A stretch of DNA of 43,669 nucleotides from Bigelowiella natans CCMP2755 (GCA_000320545.1 ADNK01001550.1:1-43669); one strand, 5' to 3'; counted from the first letter of the stretch, positions 1 to 16,872 are shown. A program made the numbers and translations. Notes: generated from the sequence alone by a model not told the origin.

Positions 1-8
1 TGCGTAAT

Positions 9-393
9 CATTCGCGAAGCTTTCGCGAATGCCGCCGCACGTGGGGCAGCACACTTCCGGTGTGCTGCCATGAGTCCCGCCGGAACCCACGTGCCTATGC
101 TGTATTAATATCTACGTTATCTATATTCTATATCCGCGACAACCCCTTTGTTGTCGCACGTGACTTGTGCCCGCGTAGTGGTACGCGCTACATGCACCAA
201 ACACGCAACGGTGCACGCGCTCCAACACGTGCTGGAGGCACATGTGAAGTGGTCGATGCACATGTCACAGACACGACACACACGCACATGGACTCCACAA
301 GTCCCCATGAAACAGGTGGAACAGACTAGCAGGACGAACATTGAAGAAAGCATTGATCAAATGAACATGTCGAGCGCTGATCATCATCAGCGC
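9..393. other. Cluster of short perfect inverted repeats (hairpins) in intergenic DNA
   Basis: CATTCGCGAA/TTCGCGAATG (9-31), GGCAGCACAC/GTGTGCTGCC (45-69), CACGTGGG/CCCACGTG (38-45/86-93), GCGACAAC/GTTGTCGC (136-157), CGCGTA/TACGCG (172-187), GCGCTGAT/ATCAGCGC (374-393). Confidence 0.75.
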
Positions 394-1009
394 AGAGGAT
401 CATTGGTAAAGTCCTCCCTATTTCTACAAAACGACATCACAAATGCCAAAAATAGCTTAGAAAGGAATGCCGTTTTCACTCCACATGGGTATCACGGGTG
501 TTCATCTTCGGAAATGATCCCATTAATTCTGTTCCTCGCTGCTTTGCGTTGTCGCATGAATAATATAGACGACGAATTTAACAGACCGACTTGAGAATTT
601 TACAGTTTTGTTCCCCTGGTCGTAAAATTCAAGATATTTCCTGCGAGGATCCTGAGTGAACACAGTGAATTTCCCGTGCATTTTTATGGTGATATGGCTT
701 TAATTAATGTCTTTATGGAGAAACGACATATATTTGTATCGAACTGTGAAACTGTGCGAACAGGATCGGACGCTCCATTCAGCACACGAAACCCACTTCA
801 CATACCTCCCTCCAGAGAGAAAGCTTCCATAGTCCGAACTTAAGGAGGGTTATAGAATACGAAAGGAAGCAGCATTTTAGCTTCATTGTCGGTCGCGCAA
901 GGTTGCTTTCATTTGCGATGCATCTTTGGGGATAGTTAACCGAAGGGGCGTGATCGCGTGTTCTATGTAGATTTACATTTTTGAGATTGTGAGGATAATT
1001 CTCTCGCGT

Positions 1010-1088
1010 AACTCATATATATCTGCACTCATGGTTAGCTCGTATTTATCTGCACTCATGGTTAGCTCATATTTATCTGCACTCGTGG
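1010..1088. repeat. 27-bp tandem repeat, ~2.7 copies (ATCTGCACTCATGGTTAGCTCRTATTT), just upstream of the MAPK start
   Basis: Units at 1021-1047 and 1048-1074, a partial copy at 1075-1088, and a degenerate partial copy at 1010-1020. Confidence 0.9.
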
Positions 1089-1169
1089 CTTTGACTGATC
1101 TAATATCTCATACGATTCTAAAGATAGTAGGAAGAGCTTTTCTGCTAAGGAAGGACAAATATTCGCAAG

Positions 1170-5208
<4,039 letters not shown>

Positions 5209-5480
5209 TTGAAGGAAGAGGCTTTAATTTAATTATATACCTGCTGTCGATCGTATCACTACGGATATGTAATCTATTGTGCTGCCATATGCATATACGT
5301 CACGATTATAATATATTGCGGCGGTCATAAATCTAGTTTACATCATCACGGGAAGAACGATGGGTGCCTAATGATGAATATTGGTGTTATAATTGTTACC
5401 ACGCATGCATGCACGTGTGCCCATGTGCTAGATATCACAACTGTATCAAATGTGTAACGAATGGCATGAATTTTTAATTA

Positions 5481-6700
5481 AGAGTCATTGAGAAAATGTT
5501 TGCGCGTTCATGTGCGCCCAGGTGTGTGCTTTTTGCGTGCGTGTGCTGAAACTTCGCACGTCCATGAAGCTGGTGTGCACACACCCTCATGAGCTTGCAA
5601 AACTTGTGGCACGCAAATGCAAATGCGCTAGCGTGTTCAAAAGTGGCAAGAATTTTTTGATTTTCGCCCGCTGGCAGGCGTTGAAAAATGAGGTTTTCAA
5701 GCTGAAATTCGATTCGAAAAAAAAATCAAATTTGAACCTCGCACAGGCTCCAGTGTGCTTCCAATGTCCAATTGCAACGATTGAGCGCGCCAGGCCGCAC
5801 GCGCAAAGCACAGTTTGTTCAAAACCCACTCGTCACCGGGATTGACACAGTTGTGCGATGCTGGATGCATTTGCATGCGCGCATGCGCAGTGGTCGCGCA
5901 GCGCCATCATTGTCCCAACTGTTTTCGTCTGCTGTGGTCTGTCGTTTTGCAGTGCGGCCATTTCGAGGAAGTGAGACATGTTCGCATGATTCGCACGCAG
6001 CTGAGATTTTTCCTGTGCATGTGAGTAGTGAGCGTGTTGGCATTCAAAACTAGAAAACACTGTTGCGCAGCGCTGCACATTGACAATGATTATGTCCTGC
6101 AACTCTCACACAACTTTTTGCACTTTTCGCAGATTGTGATGGCGTTTTAGGCCTTCAAAAATGACACGTTTGAGGTCGTTTCTCGGTCAAAATTGGATTT
6201 TGACGCTCGGCCTAGCTGCAGGTCTATGGGTGTGTTCTGTGATCACGTTCATCAATGTGATGCGATGCGCGCACAACTCATCTCTTGCGCTGCAGCCAAA
6301 CGTTGCTGGGTTTGCATGACTGTTACCGAGTTCTGCAGATGATCATCAGCGCCAGTCATCATCATTGCTGAGCCGCAAACGTAGCGATCTGTGACGATGC
6401 ATCAATGTGCAAAGGCACGGCACAACTGAACAATAGAACAAATTGTGAACAACAATGCAATCTGACAAAAATTCAATGGAACGTCGTTTAGTGAAACTTT
6501 GAGTTTCCTGATTTCGTCACGCGAGCGAGGTCAAGCCGTGCGAGGAATGGCTTCACATCTAGACATGACCACGTACACTAAGTACGCACACACACATGGC
6601 ACAGAGAACATGAATTCATGTGCGTGCGCTTAGCTGGCATTTGAGTGCACATGCCAGATGACCAATGTCCGACGTGCATGCGTGTCAACGAACATGCACC
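5481..6700. other. TpA-depleted, TpG/CpA-rich intergenic block between convergent genes (possibly a decayed non-autonomous repeat)
   Basis: One TpA (within CTAG) in 5481-6025; later TpAs are mostly in TAG/CTA context; CpG is retained; no microsatellites and no credible exons. Confidence 0.8.
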
Positions 6701-7031
6701 GCCACCTCATACAACATCTTAGCGCCATGGCCGCTGCATTTCATGTAGCACGCTACATAAGGATAAATTACATCACGCTTGAAAAACACATTATTCCTAT
6801 TTCAATTCCATTACATCCATCTCACACAGCATGGGCTACACATGCACAAGATATGTCTTCGTTACATGCACATCTCATCATCATTCTATACTGATCGCGT
6901 AGATTGAGATCCGGCTAATCCACCGTTGTAGCAACTTCGTCCAGAGAACGAAACGGCCGATTTTCCCACGGGGGGATATTTTAACAATCCGCAACAATCA
7001 CTTTGCAATGCGCGGATCTTGAGCAGGGAAC

Positions 7032-7669
7032 TCATTCACTGCTACCTAGCCTTGCTTTTTGCCCTCCTTTTTCCTCGATTCCAATCCTACCAAACAAACA
7101 AAGCAATGGGAGACGTGACCAGACGACAGCATTCACAATGCCTGCATGTCCACTGGATGTGCTTTCACGAATCGAGAACATGAGAACATGGGACAGATGA
7201 GCACACGCTTTTACCCAATGCCCCCTCACCCCCCCCCTTCTCCTTTTCTGTCTCAAAACCGTAGAAAGGGTTTCGGTGACTCCTATACATCGACCAAGCT
7301 ACTGCATCTCCACCGCTATTCACACCACCGGCCTTCAACAAAAGGCCTTTCTACGCACCCACCCTTTCGGACGAGCAGTCCGAACCATATGCAGTGGAGC
7401 ACCCAGAGTGTCCCTAGCAGCGTGCACAATATGAACCATAAACGCAACAAATATACAGCATTTATCACACAACACACGAGTTGTAGAATTATAAGATTCT
7501 AAAGTGCCAGTCGGCGCAATTCAGACCAGTCCCCAACCCTATTCTCAAGGCCGCTTCACGACGATGTGTCGCGCTCCGGCATATTTTCATTAACATTGGC
7601 GCATCGAGGATAATATGTTGTACCGAGTAAGAAGAAGAAAGGGTATCGAACGGATTCCTACGGTTTAAA

Positions 7670-7706
<37 letters not shown>

Positions 7707-7776
7707 AATATCTCAATATTTACATACACGCGTGTGTGATTAAGCCTCTAGCTGCATCTCAACTAAACGCACGCGC

Positions 7777-7816
<40 letters not shown>

Positions 7817-8299
7817 AAGACACACAACCGACCAAGAGCTGCGAAACATCTGTAACCGTCAATATCGAGTACAAAACGGCGGATGCAAAGAACCTGCACA
7901 GAGGAGTAACGGTTGGTGTGGTGGTGATGATAATGATTGAAAAGCACAAAGAGGACGCAGATATTAAACACATTTGTATATGTGTATACATGTAAATACA
8001 TGTCGCAAGAAGGAATAACAAGATCCAGCAGCTGCTACATACCAGAGTCGCCAATATGCCCACATGAGTAGCACAAGCGGGTAGGTTGCCTTCACGCTGG
8101 TTCAAACCATAATGAGTTTGATTAGCATATAATTTCAAACACAAAATGTATAATATCGTGAAGATAGTATCGTTTTGAAAGTGACCACGAAACACAAACA
8201 CGATGTAGCTACCACTCTCTCGCTCTAGCTCACCCTCTCTCCCCCCCTCTATCTTTAATCTCTCTCTACCCAACCGCCTCCCTCTCCTCCCCTCTCTCC

Positions 8300-8337
<38 letters not shown>

Positions 8338-8499
8338 CACACATCAATCGATGATATCACGCAAAAACCTAACCCTATGTCGTAGTTAGCAGCCAAAAAT
8401 AGCCGCAAGGTTGCAAGCGGCAAATCCTGCAGCATATAAATGAGTTGTTAGGGAACATTCTTTTAACTATAATACATTGATATATGTGCAAATATACTT

Positions 8500-8532
<33 letters not shown>

Positions 8533-9255
8533 CATATATATATTATAATATTTACAATTCCTTTCCGCAAGCGGTATGACTTGTCCCACCCCTACCTTTC
8601 CGCCAAGGCCCTTGAGCACACGTTATACGCACCATTCTCTCCCCCCCCCCCCCCCCCCGCGCATAGCCACATATCACAGGGGTACTGTGCATATTTTAGT
8701 CATGTGTGAGGTCGCACGATACCGAGACGTCGTGCAGCCAAAGCACCAGCGACCCTATACGCTTTGGAGTGACCGAACCTATCCGCAATCATCACCAAAC
8801 AGCGAAAACCGTTTGGCTACGCAGTTAGAGAGCCTGCATCCGCATGGGAGAAGGGGGTGAAAGGGGGGGGAGGGGGGCATATCGATTCTAACTCTAGTTA
8901 CAGCGCAAGTGCGACAAAATTGGCAAAACGCCGAAGATCACGAGAAAGGTGCATTACTCGTTCCATAGCTGAAGAATATGAGCACATTCGTCACAGCGTG
9001 ATGGACGAGCTACATTAATACAACGGTGAGAAATGGCAATGGCAAAATACACAATTTAGTCACTCTCTAGAGAGAGAAAGGCCGCGAAAAGAAGTTTAAG
9101 CGTCGGGGAACACAACCAATCATTGACATTTTGGCTGAGAAGGAAGAAATGTGCCATTTCGTGAGGGAATTCTACCATTTTAAAATCGGGTTTCTCTCCC
9201 TGCAGCAGCTTATATGCCTGGTGACGAATTACGCGTTTTTAGCATACAATGGCAT

Positions 9256-9286
<31 letters not shown>

Positions 9287-9651
9287 ATAAAACGCATCGT
9301 ACCCACTGGCAAATATGTGCCGGTGTAGTTGACATTGCTTCTGGCATTGGAAAAACCGTAAAAGAACCCTGCCACTACCACTGACACTAATATATTGCGT
9401 AGCTATAGCTAAATCCCTTTTCGAGAACATGTATGCTACTCTTTTCTTCCTAGAAAAATCATTGTAATGGCCCCCCCCACAACGCTCGCCGTCCAAACCT
9501 GATAAATCCAGGCCTCGAAGTGAAACTGCAGAGGAGGAGTATGAGAGAAGGGGAGAAATGAAGAGACGATAAGGAGGAAAAATATTCAAATCGCAATACC
9601 ACGCAAATGTAAGGTACAATACGTCTACTTGACATATATATATATATATAA

Positions 9652-9687
<36 letters not shown>

Positions 9688-9755
9688 TATATAATATTTA
9701 TATATTCATACATATATGTATTCTACAACAAGCACACGCATAAATAAATGCATAT

Positions 9756-9792
<37 letters not shown>

Positions 9793-10387
9793 CTATTTCT
9801 ACATATACATTTCTCAGCATGCATCACTTACCGCTCCAGAGACGAAGTAATACAGCTGTAGATCTGCGGTGACCTCTGCATCCTACCAAAACGCATTGTG
9901 TTTCAGGTTGGCAAACCGCCTTTAGAATCGAGACTTAGAATCAATGATCAGGTGCTGCGGCCAACTAGGGTGGGGACCGGCAGCATTAACAAACAGGGCT
10001 CTCTCCTCCTTAAAGAATGCATCAAAAACCGCGTTGAACGACTTTTGAAAGTGGTTGGACTAGTAGATGTCAGCACGTAAGACACTCGAAAACAAAGGCA
10101 TATTCCGGAGATCGAAAAAGAAAGAAAAGCGGCGCTATTTCTAATGAGCAAAGCTGCTTTAGATGTCCTCCTTCTACATTTTGATGGTAGTTGGGTTGTG
10201 TTGCTGCTCACTTCGTCGTAGCACTGATATATGTCCTTGTACCAGACGGATGAAACCACGATCTTGTACCTTGAGGGGAAGTGAAAAAAAGGAAGGACCG
10301 ATGAAGAGGCGAAGGAGCATTGGTGGCAGTCAGATCAATACATTATGTCCTCAAGATTCATTTCAATAATGATACATACACAACACA

Positions 10388-10444
<57 letters not shown>

Positions 10445-10777
10445 TTCCTTTGTAATAAATACAGAGGGTAATTCCTCTATGTATGTATTTTACAACTGAC
10501 TATCACTGACATTTTGAATTTGGCATTCATTACCCATAAAGCACGGTGAAACAGTGCGACAGCAGTATGAAGATCCGCGTGTGGATCTGAGCATAATTTT
10601 GAATTTTGCGAGTGGACAAACGTCATACCACTGCTGGACATGGCAGCTACTGCAGCCTTCTTTAAACTCCAAAAACCATCGCAAAGCACGCACACAGGCA
10701 TACATTCCCCCGCCCCCTCTCACCAACATACATATGTATATTGAAATGTTATATACAATAAATATCTACTGTAAAGA

Positions 10778-10818
<41 letters not shown>

Positions 10819-10918
10819 TTGTATATGTATTTGTATATATTAACACGTAGCAAACCCTGAAGCTCATATTCTCAAACTCCTTCAATTCTTTGTCCTTTGA
10901 TGGTTTTCCTTTTGACTC
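7032..10918 (-). other. TLC (TRAM/LAG1/CLN8) domain, ceramide synthase-like with intact Lag1 motif
   Basis: Exons: KELKEFENMSFR (~10857-10918); ADLQLYYFVSGA|FHFEAWIYQ; AYKLLQGEKPDFKM (9176-9217); LVHHAVTNVLIFFSYGT (8958-9009); RIGSLVLWLHDVS (8723-8778); DLPLATLRL; LLMWAYWRLW; LGTLWVLHCIWFGLLVRK. Matches the ceramide synthase pattern DFxMxxHHxxTxxLxxFSY..RIGxxxxxxHDxSD. Confidence 0.9.
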
Positions 10919-11335
10919 TGCAGAGGAATATCATCGAGGCCATCAGTAACAATCCAGACTTACATATACACAAACCCCCTCCCTGAGATATTTGCCTCTC
11001 ACACGCACGCATTTGAACATATAACTTAGGTAGACAGTATAAGCGTCTCTTTCCTCTCTCTCTCCCTCTCTCCCTCTCCCTCTCTCTCTCTCTCTCTCTT
11101 TCTCTCTCCCTCTTCTTTGTCTTTATTATATATTATTATATATCATATTCCTTTTTGTACAATACCGGTAACAGCCTCCCCTTGTTCTTGTTCCAAAGAC
11201 GCATCAGCTAATTCAACCAAAAGCATAAATGCAAAAGTTCCAATGGCCATAGCGTCCGTTTGGGTTTCTCACATTCGCTCATGCGTACATGCCGTTCCAA
11301 TGTGTGTGGATATGAGGCTATCAACGTGTGATGTG

Positions 11336-11396
<61 letters not shown>

Positions 11397-11855
11397 TTGT
11401 GTGTGTGTGTTTGTTTTTCGTTAAATAATTCCAACGTTGATTCCATATTTTTAAAATAAAAATTTGATCCACAGCGCACTCAAAGGACCTCGCAGGCATG
11501 ATGACCTCTCCCTTTACTCTAATGTGCTTGTGCGACAACGACAACGACGAATCATACTACTGCTTTTTGCTACTGCTCTTAGTGTTACCGGAGTCTTTGG
11601 AAACCATCGCTATTGGGGAGGGATAAGAAGCATTGTAACTATTCGAACGTAGTTCCAAAGCGAGCAAGGGAAAATGCGGGTGGGGAAGAGCGTGAATCGT
11701 GGGGCAAATCAGATGATACATACGGTTTTATCATGCTTGGATTGTATTAATTTCGTTTCCCCCCTCCCTTCGGCTTTACTTTCTCTCTTTTTTTCTCATG
11801 CTCACGCGCGCGCTTTCTGCATCTCGGCAAGACGTTATAATAAATTGAAATATAC

Positions 11856-11890
<35 letters not shown>

Positions 11891-12268
11891 TATGGGTTGA
11901 GTAATATGTAGAGTAACGTGTTGGAAATATATCATGAATACATCTGAATTTTTATGCGAGCACGACATGGCAAACAATAAAGAGAGAAGAATGGGGAGGG
12001 CGCGCGAGGGTGGGGGGGAGGGGGAGGTTATTGAGGAGTAAAGAACACTCTTACAAAGAGCGGAGAATCAACGGTATCTGTTTCAAGCACAATCGCCGAA
12101 CCTGACACCAATGGACGATGGATATTAGGAAATATCATAGAGGGCAGGGACACACGAATCAGTATCCGTTATAATGCTTGCAATGGCGTTTCTTGCATCA
12201 TAAGCAGAGTTTTTTTTACATGGGACTGTTTATCTACTACTCCTACTACTACTATTGTACTACTAGTG

Positions 12269-12302
<34 letters not shown>

Positions 12303-12674
12303 GACCACTGACTACTACTACTACTACTACTACCGCATTGACTGAAGCGATACAGATAAGGAAGAGAAACACTAATTTGTCTGCGACGGGCTGATGATTT
12401 ATAAAGCAGGTTAGAGAGATATAGAGAGAAAACGAGAGAGGGAGGGGGGGGGAGAGAGAAGGGGAGAGGGAGACAGCCTTCGATTGGAAACACATCCTGA
12501 CCAACATGCAAAATAGGCACTTGCAACTGCCGTTATGGGATTGATTAATCTACTACCGGTTTTTTCCAGACGAAGTCAGGTGTAGAGCGATTCAGCACGT
12601 ACCATAATAGCAGCGTGTATGCCGTGCTGCAGTTTAGCGTGATACGAAAGCATAAATCATATATGGTTAAAAGA

Positions 12675-12712
<38 letters not shown>

Positions 12713-13149
12713 AATGTATGCGTGTGCGCGAACGTTGTTGTGCAATATTGGTTTGCTCATTTTTTAGGTATATTTTCCCGTAGATATGTGTGTGTATGTG
12801 TGTGTGTGGTGGTTAAAGGAGCATCTTCTTTTGCTTCGGATTAGCACAAAAATGCTTCGCACACGTGTGCTGCATAAAGCCGGAACTTTTACATTTAGAA
12901 CAAGCACCATTCTATTCTATCCAACGGCTATCGCAAGGACACGCGCAATTTCACCTGAAGTGCCACCAGCTATGGCCTACCCAAGGGAAGATCATCACCA
13001 CGCCTCTAGAGTAAGTTTCGGATTCAAGATTCCAAGGGCACGGAGTACAACATCGTGCAGAGGAAACGCATTATCTCAACTAAAGCCAAGCACACCGCTT
13101 GACAGCGACTAAGCGTGTCAATGCCGACGATGCTGATCTCATGAAGCAT

Positions 13150-13180
<31 letters not shown>

Positions 13181-13314
13181 CGCGCGCGCGCATTGACAGA
13201 TATGTGTGTATTTTAGAAGTTGGAGTAGTTGCTACCCATACAAAGCTGGAACGAAATAGATGATCTGATATCCTGACCACTGCTCGTCATAATGCAGCAG
13301 CACACAAACACAAA

Positions 13315-13394
<80 letters not shown>

Positions 13395-13822
13395 CCACAT
13401 ATAATTTTATAAATTCGTACGCATAGAAATATCAGATGTTAAATGTTGTTAGTAAATACTGTGTACATCGGCGCTGTAAACCAAGAACAAGGCATCATTG
13501 CAATATTAGAGGCCACCACCATACCCAGAAGTAGAAGATATTCATTCCATAATAGACACCGATAAGAACCTAGTTTAATTCCATATATATAATGTGAGCG
13601 CGAATGCATGCATGTGTGTGTGTGTGTGCGTGTGTGTGTGTGCGTGTGTGCGTGTGTGCAGGTACATAATTTTCCCTTAATTATTACGCAGTGAGTCAAA
13701 TGAAAGAAACGACGAGAGACTTCGATCGTGTGAAAGGTACCGTGAGAAATCTGGGGACTTTTCTTTTGATGTCGTACAGCCTAAGGAGAGACTCGATGAG
13801 GAAATACGCATGCTATGAAAAA

Positions 13823-13856
<34 letters not shown>

Positions 13857-13874
13857 ATACACACACAGAGAGAA

Positions 13875-13950
<76 letters not shown>

Positions 13951-14306
13951 CGCCATATTCAAATAAATATCGCAACTAAATCAAGAAAACTATTTAGCTT
14001 ATTCGCCCGACGACCTCAGCAAAAAACCAGAGAATAACCCCCACTGGCACTGCTTAAACAGCTTCCACATTTCTGCAAAATTACACGTGTAAAGATTACG
14101 CCTTCACACAATAATGGCGTCTCGTCAAATGGCCTCTGCCCCGTGCTCCTGTTAATCTGGCGCATATTGCAAGAAATACCGGGAAGAGGCTCCGAGTATC
14201 TTGAGTAGAATCCCAATGTCCACGTGGTCGCTACAAGCGCCGGTAGTACAATATCACTCGAGCCGTAAGGCATGTACCTGTGATATATGAGCATCACGTA
14301 CTCATC

Positions 14307-14340
<34 letters not shown>

Positions 14341-15296
14341 ATCATCAGCAGCATCATCATCATAAGGCCGCCGATAGGATAGCTTCGTATCGTGCTGTCA
14401 GTACCCGTACATGAAGGACATCTGCAGCAATAATGCAAGCGCTGTAAACCTGGTAGCAAATGATATGCATTTCATCTTTCGGTATTGTAAGTATACACAC
14501 ACACACTTACTCTCACACACACACACTCACACACACGCACACACACGCACACGCACACACGAAAACCTATATACTTATATAAATAAATGAATAAAAATGT
14601 GAATATATACTGTCTCTATGCGATTTCACCAGTATTCTCCGATTTCAGAATGCTGGATCATCAAGAAGAGCTGAAACGTAGTCATTGCACACACACAAAA
14701 GAGAGCACTATGAAATGCCAAGAGCTTTGGCTCGAAACGAATAAAGTCTCCCCTCTGCCAACCCTAGCACTCCCCCCCCCCTCCACCAAGTCGCAGTACT
14801 ACCTCAAAAAAGAGCGGGGCCATTATCACTCCTTGCGAGGGCAGCAACGCAATCGGACGACGAGACAACAAGAAGCAGCAGAATGCAAGTGAGGCATTGA
14901 AGAGTTGGTATATCCTAAGACTATTGGCTACGCCGGAGGCAGTCGCGAGGCGCACTTGGGTACCGTCGGTCAATATTGACAACTTGTTGTTGTTGGCAGT
15001 TTCTCAGTCGTGTGTCAGTTTCTTCCGAAGGAAAGAAGAGAGAGTACCACGTTGCCTCTCTGTGTGTGTGTGTGTGCACGCGCGCGTGCGCGCGTCCTTG
15101 TGCTCTAACACTAAGGCAAACCGTTAGTCATTCCAGCATCAACAGCTCTCCAATAGTCGCGAAGTGAGGCGTGAAATAACCCAGAAGCTATGCCTATTGG
15201 AAGTTGAGTCTTTGTCAAACCAATACGACAATTTTCAGATGAACATATACATCACACACACACACACATACACACACACACACACATGCGCGCGCA

Positions 15297-15334
<38 letters not shown>

Positions 15335-15710
15335 TAATAGCAGCAATCCGACCAAGCCATATATTCGTCAGCCCATACAATATTCCAAAGCTTGGGTATC
15401 TGATGAGTTTAAAAAGAGTTTCTCGAAATCCCCTCTATCAATATACTCTCTCTCTCTCTCTCTCTCTCCCTCTGTGCGGCGTGTACGCGTGTATGCGTTT
15501 CTAAACCAATTTGCATTTATGTATCAGTGTACCGTGTGTTTATGCATGGCGTGAATCAATCTTACTTGGCCATCTCGTTCCGAGGCTCGCCGTCGCTTGA
15601 CATATCCGCGTATGAAACTGCGAAAGGCAAACATCAAGCATACCATTGCTGCGCGTACATTTCAAACCCATCTTAGTGAAGGAGCACTCACTGCCACGAG
15701 AGTACACATG

Positions 15711-15748
<38 letters not shown>

Positions 15749-16096
15749 ACACACAACGGCCTTCGTGCGTGCAAGAAGATGTCTGTAACATATAATTCAT
15801 GTAATATTCTCTCGACCCCTGCTGACACTGTGTAGACATGAAGAAGTTGGCTCTCATATTATGATATTGATATTTCTTACATAATGAATTACCACTACCA
15901 ATACTACCACTACTACCACTAGCACTACTACTGCTGATAAGGTTGCTACTACTACTAGTGATACAATCACTGCTGCTGCTGCTGCTGCTGTTATTAGTTA
16001 GCATTAATTCCAGAATACCTCCAAGGACCACGATTCCGATGAAAGAGTACGCGAGAGACGACCACGCGTTCAAAGGCTGTGCATAACTGTATAATG

Positions 16097-16136
<40 letters not shown>

Positions 16137-16872
16137 TTTCTGTCATATTCTCCGTCTGTTTACTTCTTCACATAGAGATAACAGGCCTCTCGGCACATTG
16201 CATAGTCTGAAACAGAGATCAAAACCCGCCACCCGCAGATCGCATCGATTCTGTCAATCATATCGCTTCTACGAGGGAAAAGCTAGGATAACTATCGAAA
16301 GCATACATGCAACCCTCCCGTTCCGGTGTTCTGTAGGACATCGTATCCCACCCTCCCTGTCGCTCAAACGCAGAATACTCACGGGGTCCATGATCGCCAC
16401 CACTTGTTTTGTCTCGGTTCACTGGTCAACAAGTCATCGCTCTCGCCATACTGCGGTCGGATAACACAGCAAGGTTTTGATATTTCCCTTTCATAGACGC
16501 TTTGTGTAGACACGCATGAGTGTGAAGCAACCCCCCCCCCCTCTCCTCTCTCCCTCTCTTATGTCGTCCGAGTCCTGTTGCATGTGGAATGCGCGTGCTG
16601 CCTCTCATCATGATCTCCATATATGCTTTCAACCACGAAAGGACGGAGAGATGGACCTCGTAATGTTTGAGGTACTTTGCCACCATTTCGTCTCGTGGAC
16701 ACGAATGAGTCCACACGCTCCGACCGAGGAAGCCTTGCAAAGTCAATCAATTGTTACCGAAATCCCGCAAAGAGAAGCATATTGATGAAACCAGTTTTCA
16801 GGTCGAACCTAGACATGCGACCACCACAGCTGCGAGAGGAAAGAGCCATTCCATTGCCGGAACCTCTATCAT
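7032..16872 (-). CDS. Putative fused sphingolipid enzyme: N-terminal CREST (alkaline-ceramidase-like) hydrolase plus C-terminal TLC/Lag1 ceramide synthase; more than 30 short exons
   Basis: Continuous chain of minus-strand GT-AG exons separated by microsatellite introns, starting with a hydrophobic N-terminus (MEWLFPLAAVVVACLGFLG, ATG 16854 or 16872). No intergenic-type gap between the two domains. Exon phases in 11.0-12.0 kb are unresolved, so two tandem genes remain possible. Stop position is approximate. Confidence 0.6.
12333..16872 (-). other. CREST-superfamily (alkaline ceramidase-like) multi-TM Zn hydrolase domain
   Basis: Spliced sequence ..MCREPVISIYAQPLNAWSSLAYSFIGIVVLG..YPSFGILYGLTNIWLGIASGLFHASLRDYWRAVDAGM..(TM helices)..FYFWLCMGHSWWHFSTAYTLLLW. 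It contains the CREST SxxxH (exon 15122-15193), the downstream Asp, HxxWH (exon 12955-12976) and an N-terminal QPxNxWS motif. Confidence 0.85.
13149..13191. repeat. Compound (TG)n(CG)n microsatellite
   Basis: tgtgtg...tgcgcgcg...cgc; a similar (CA)n(CG)n tract lies at ~34188-34235. Confidence 0.9.

Noticed and set aside
1010-1088. CRISPR-like array
   Set aside because: Head-to-tail repeats with no spacers, in a eukaryotic context with no cas genes.
5481-6700. CpG-methylation decay or fungal RIP as the cause of the TG/CA richness
   Set aside because: CpG is plentiful and TpA is lost rather than gained, which neither process predicts.
15540-16020. Ser-rich extension of ORF 15540-16073
   Set aside because: A GT donor after IVVLG joins in phase to VSYADM, so the (AGY)n tract is intronic.
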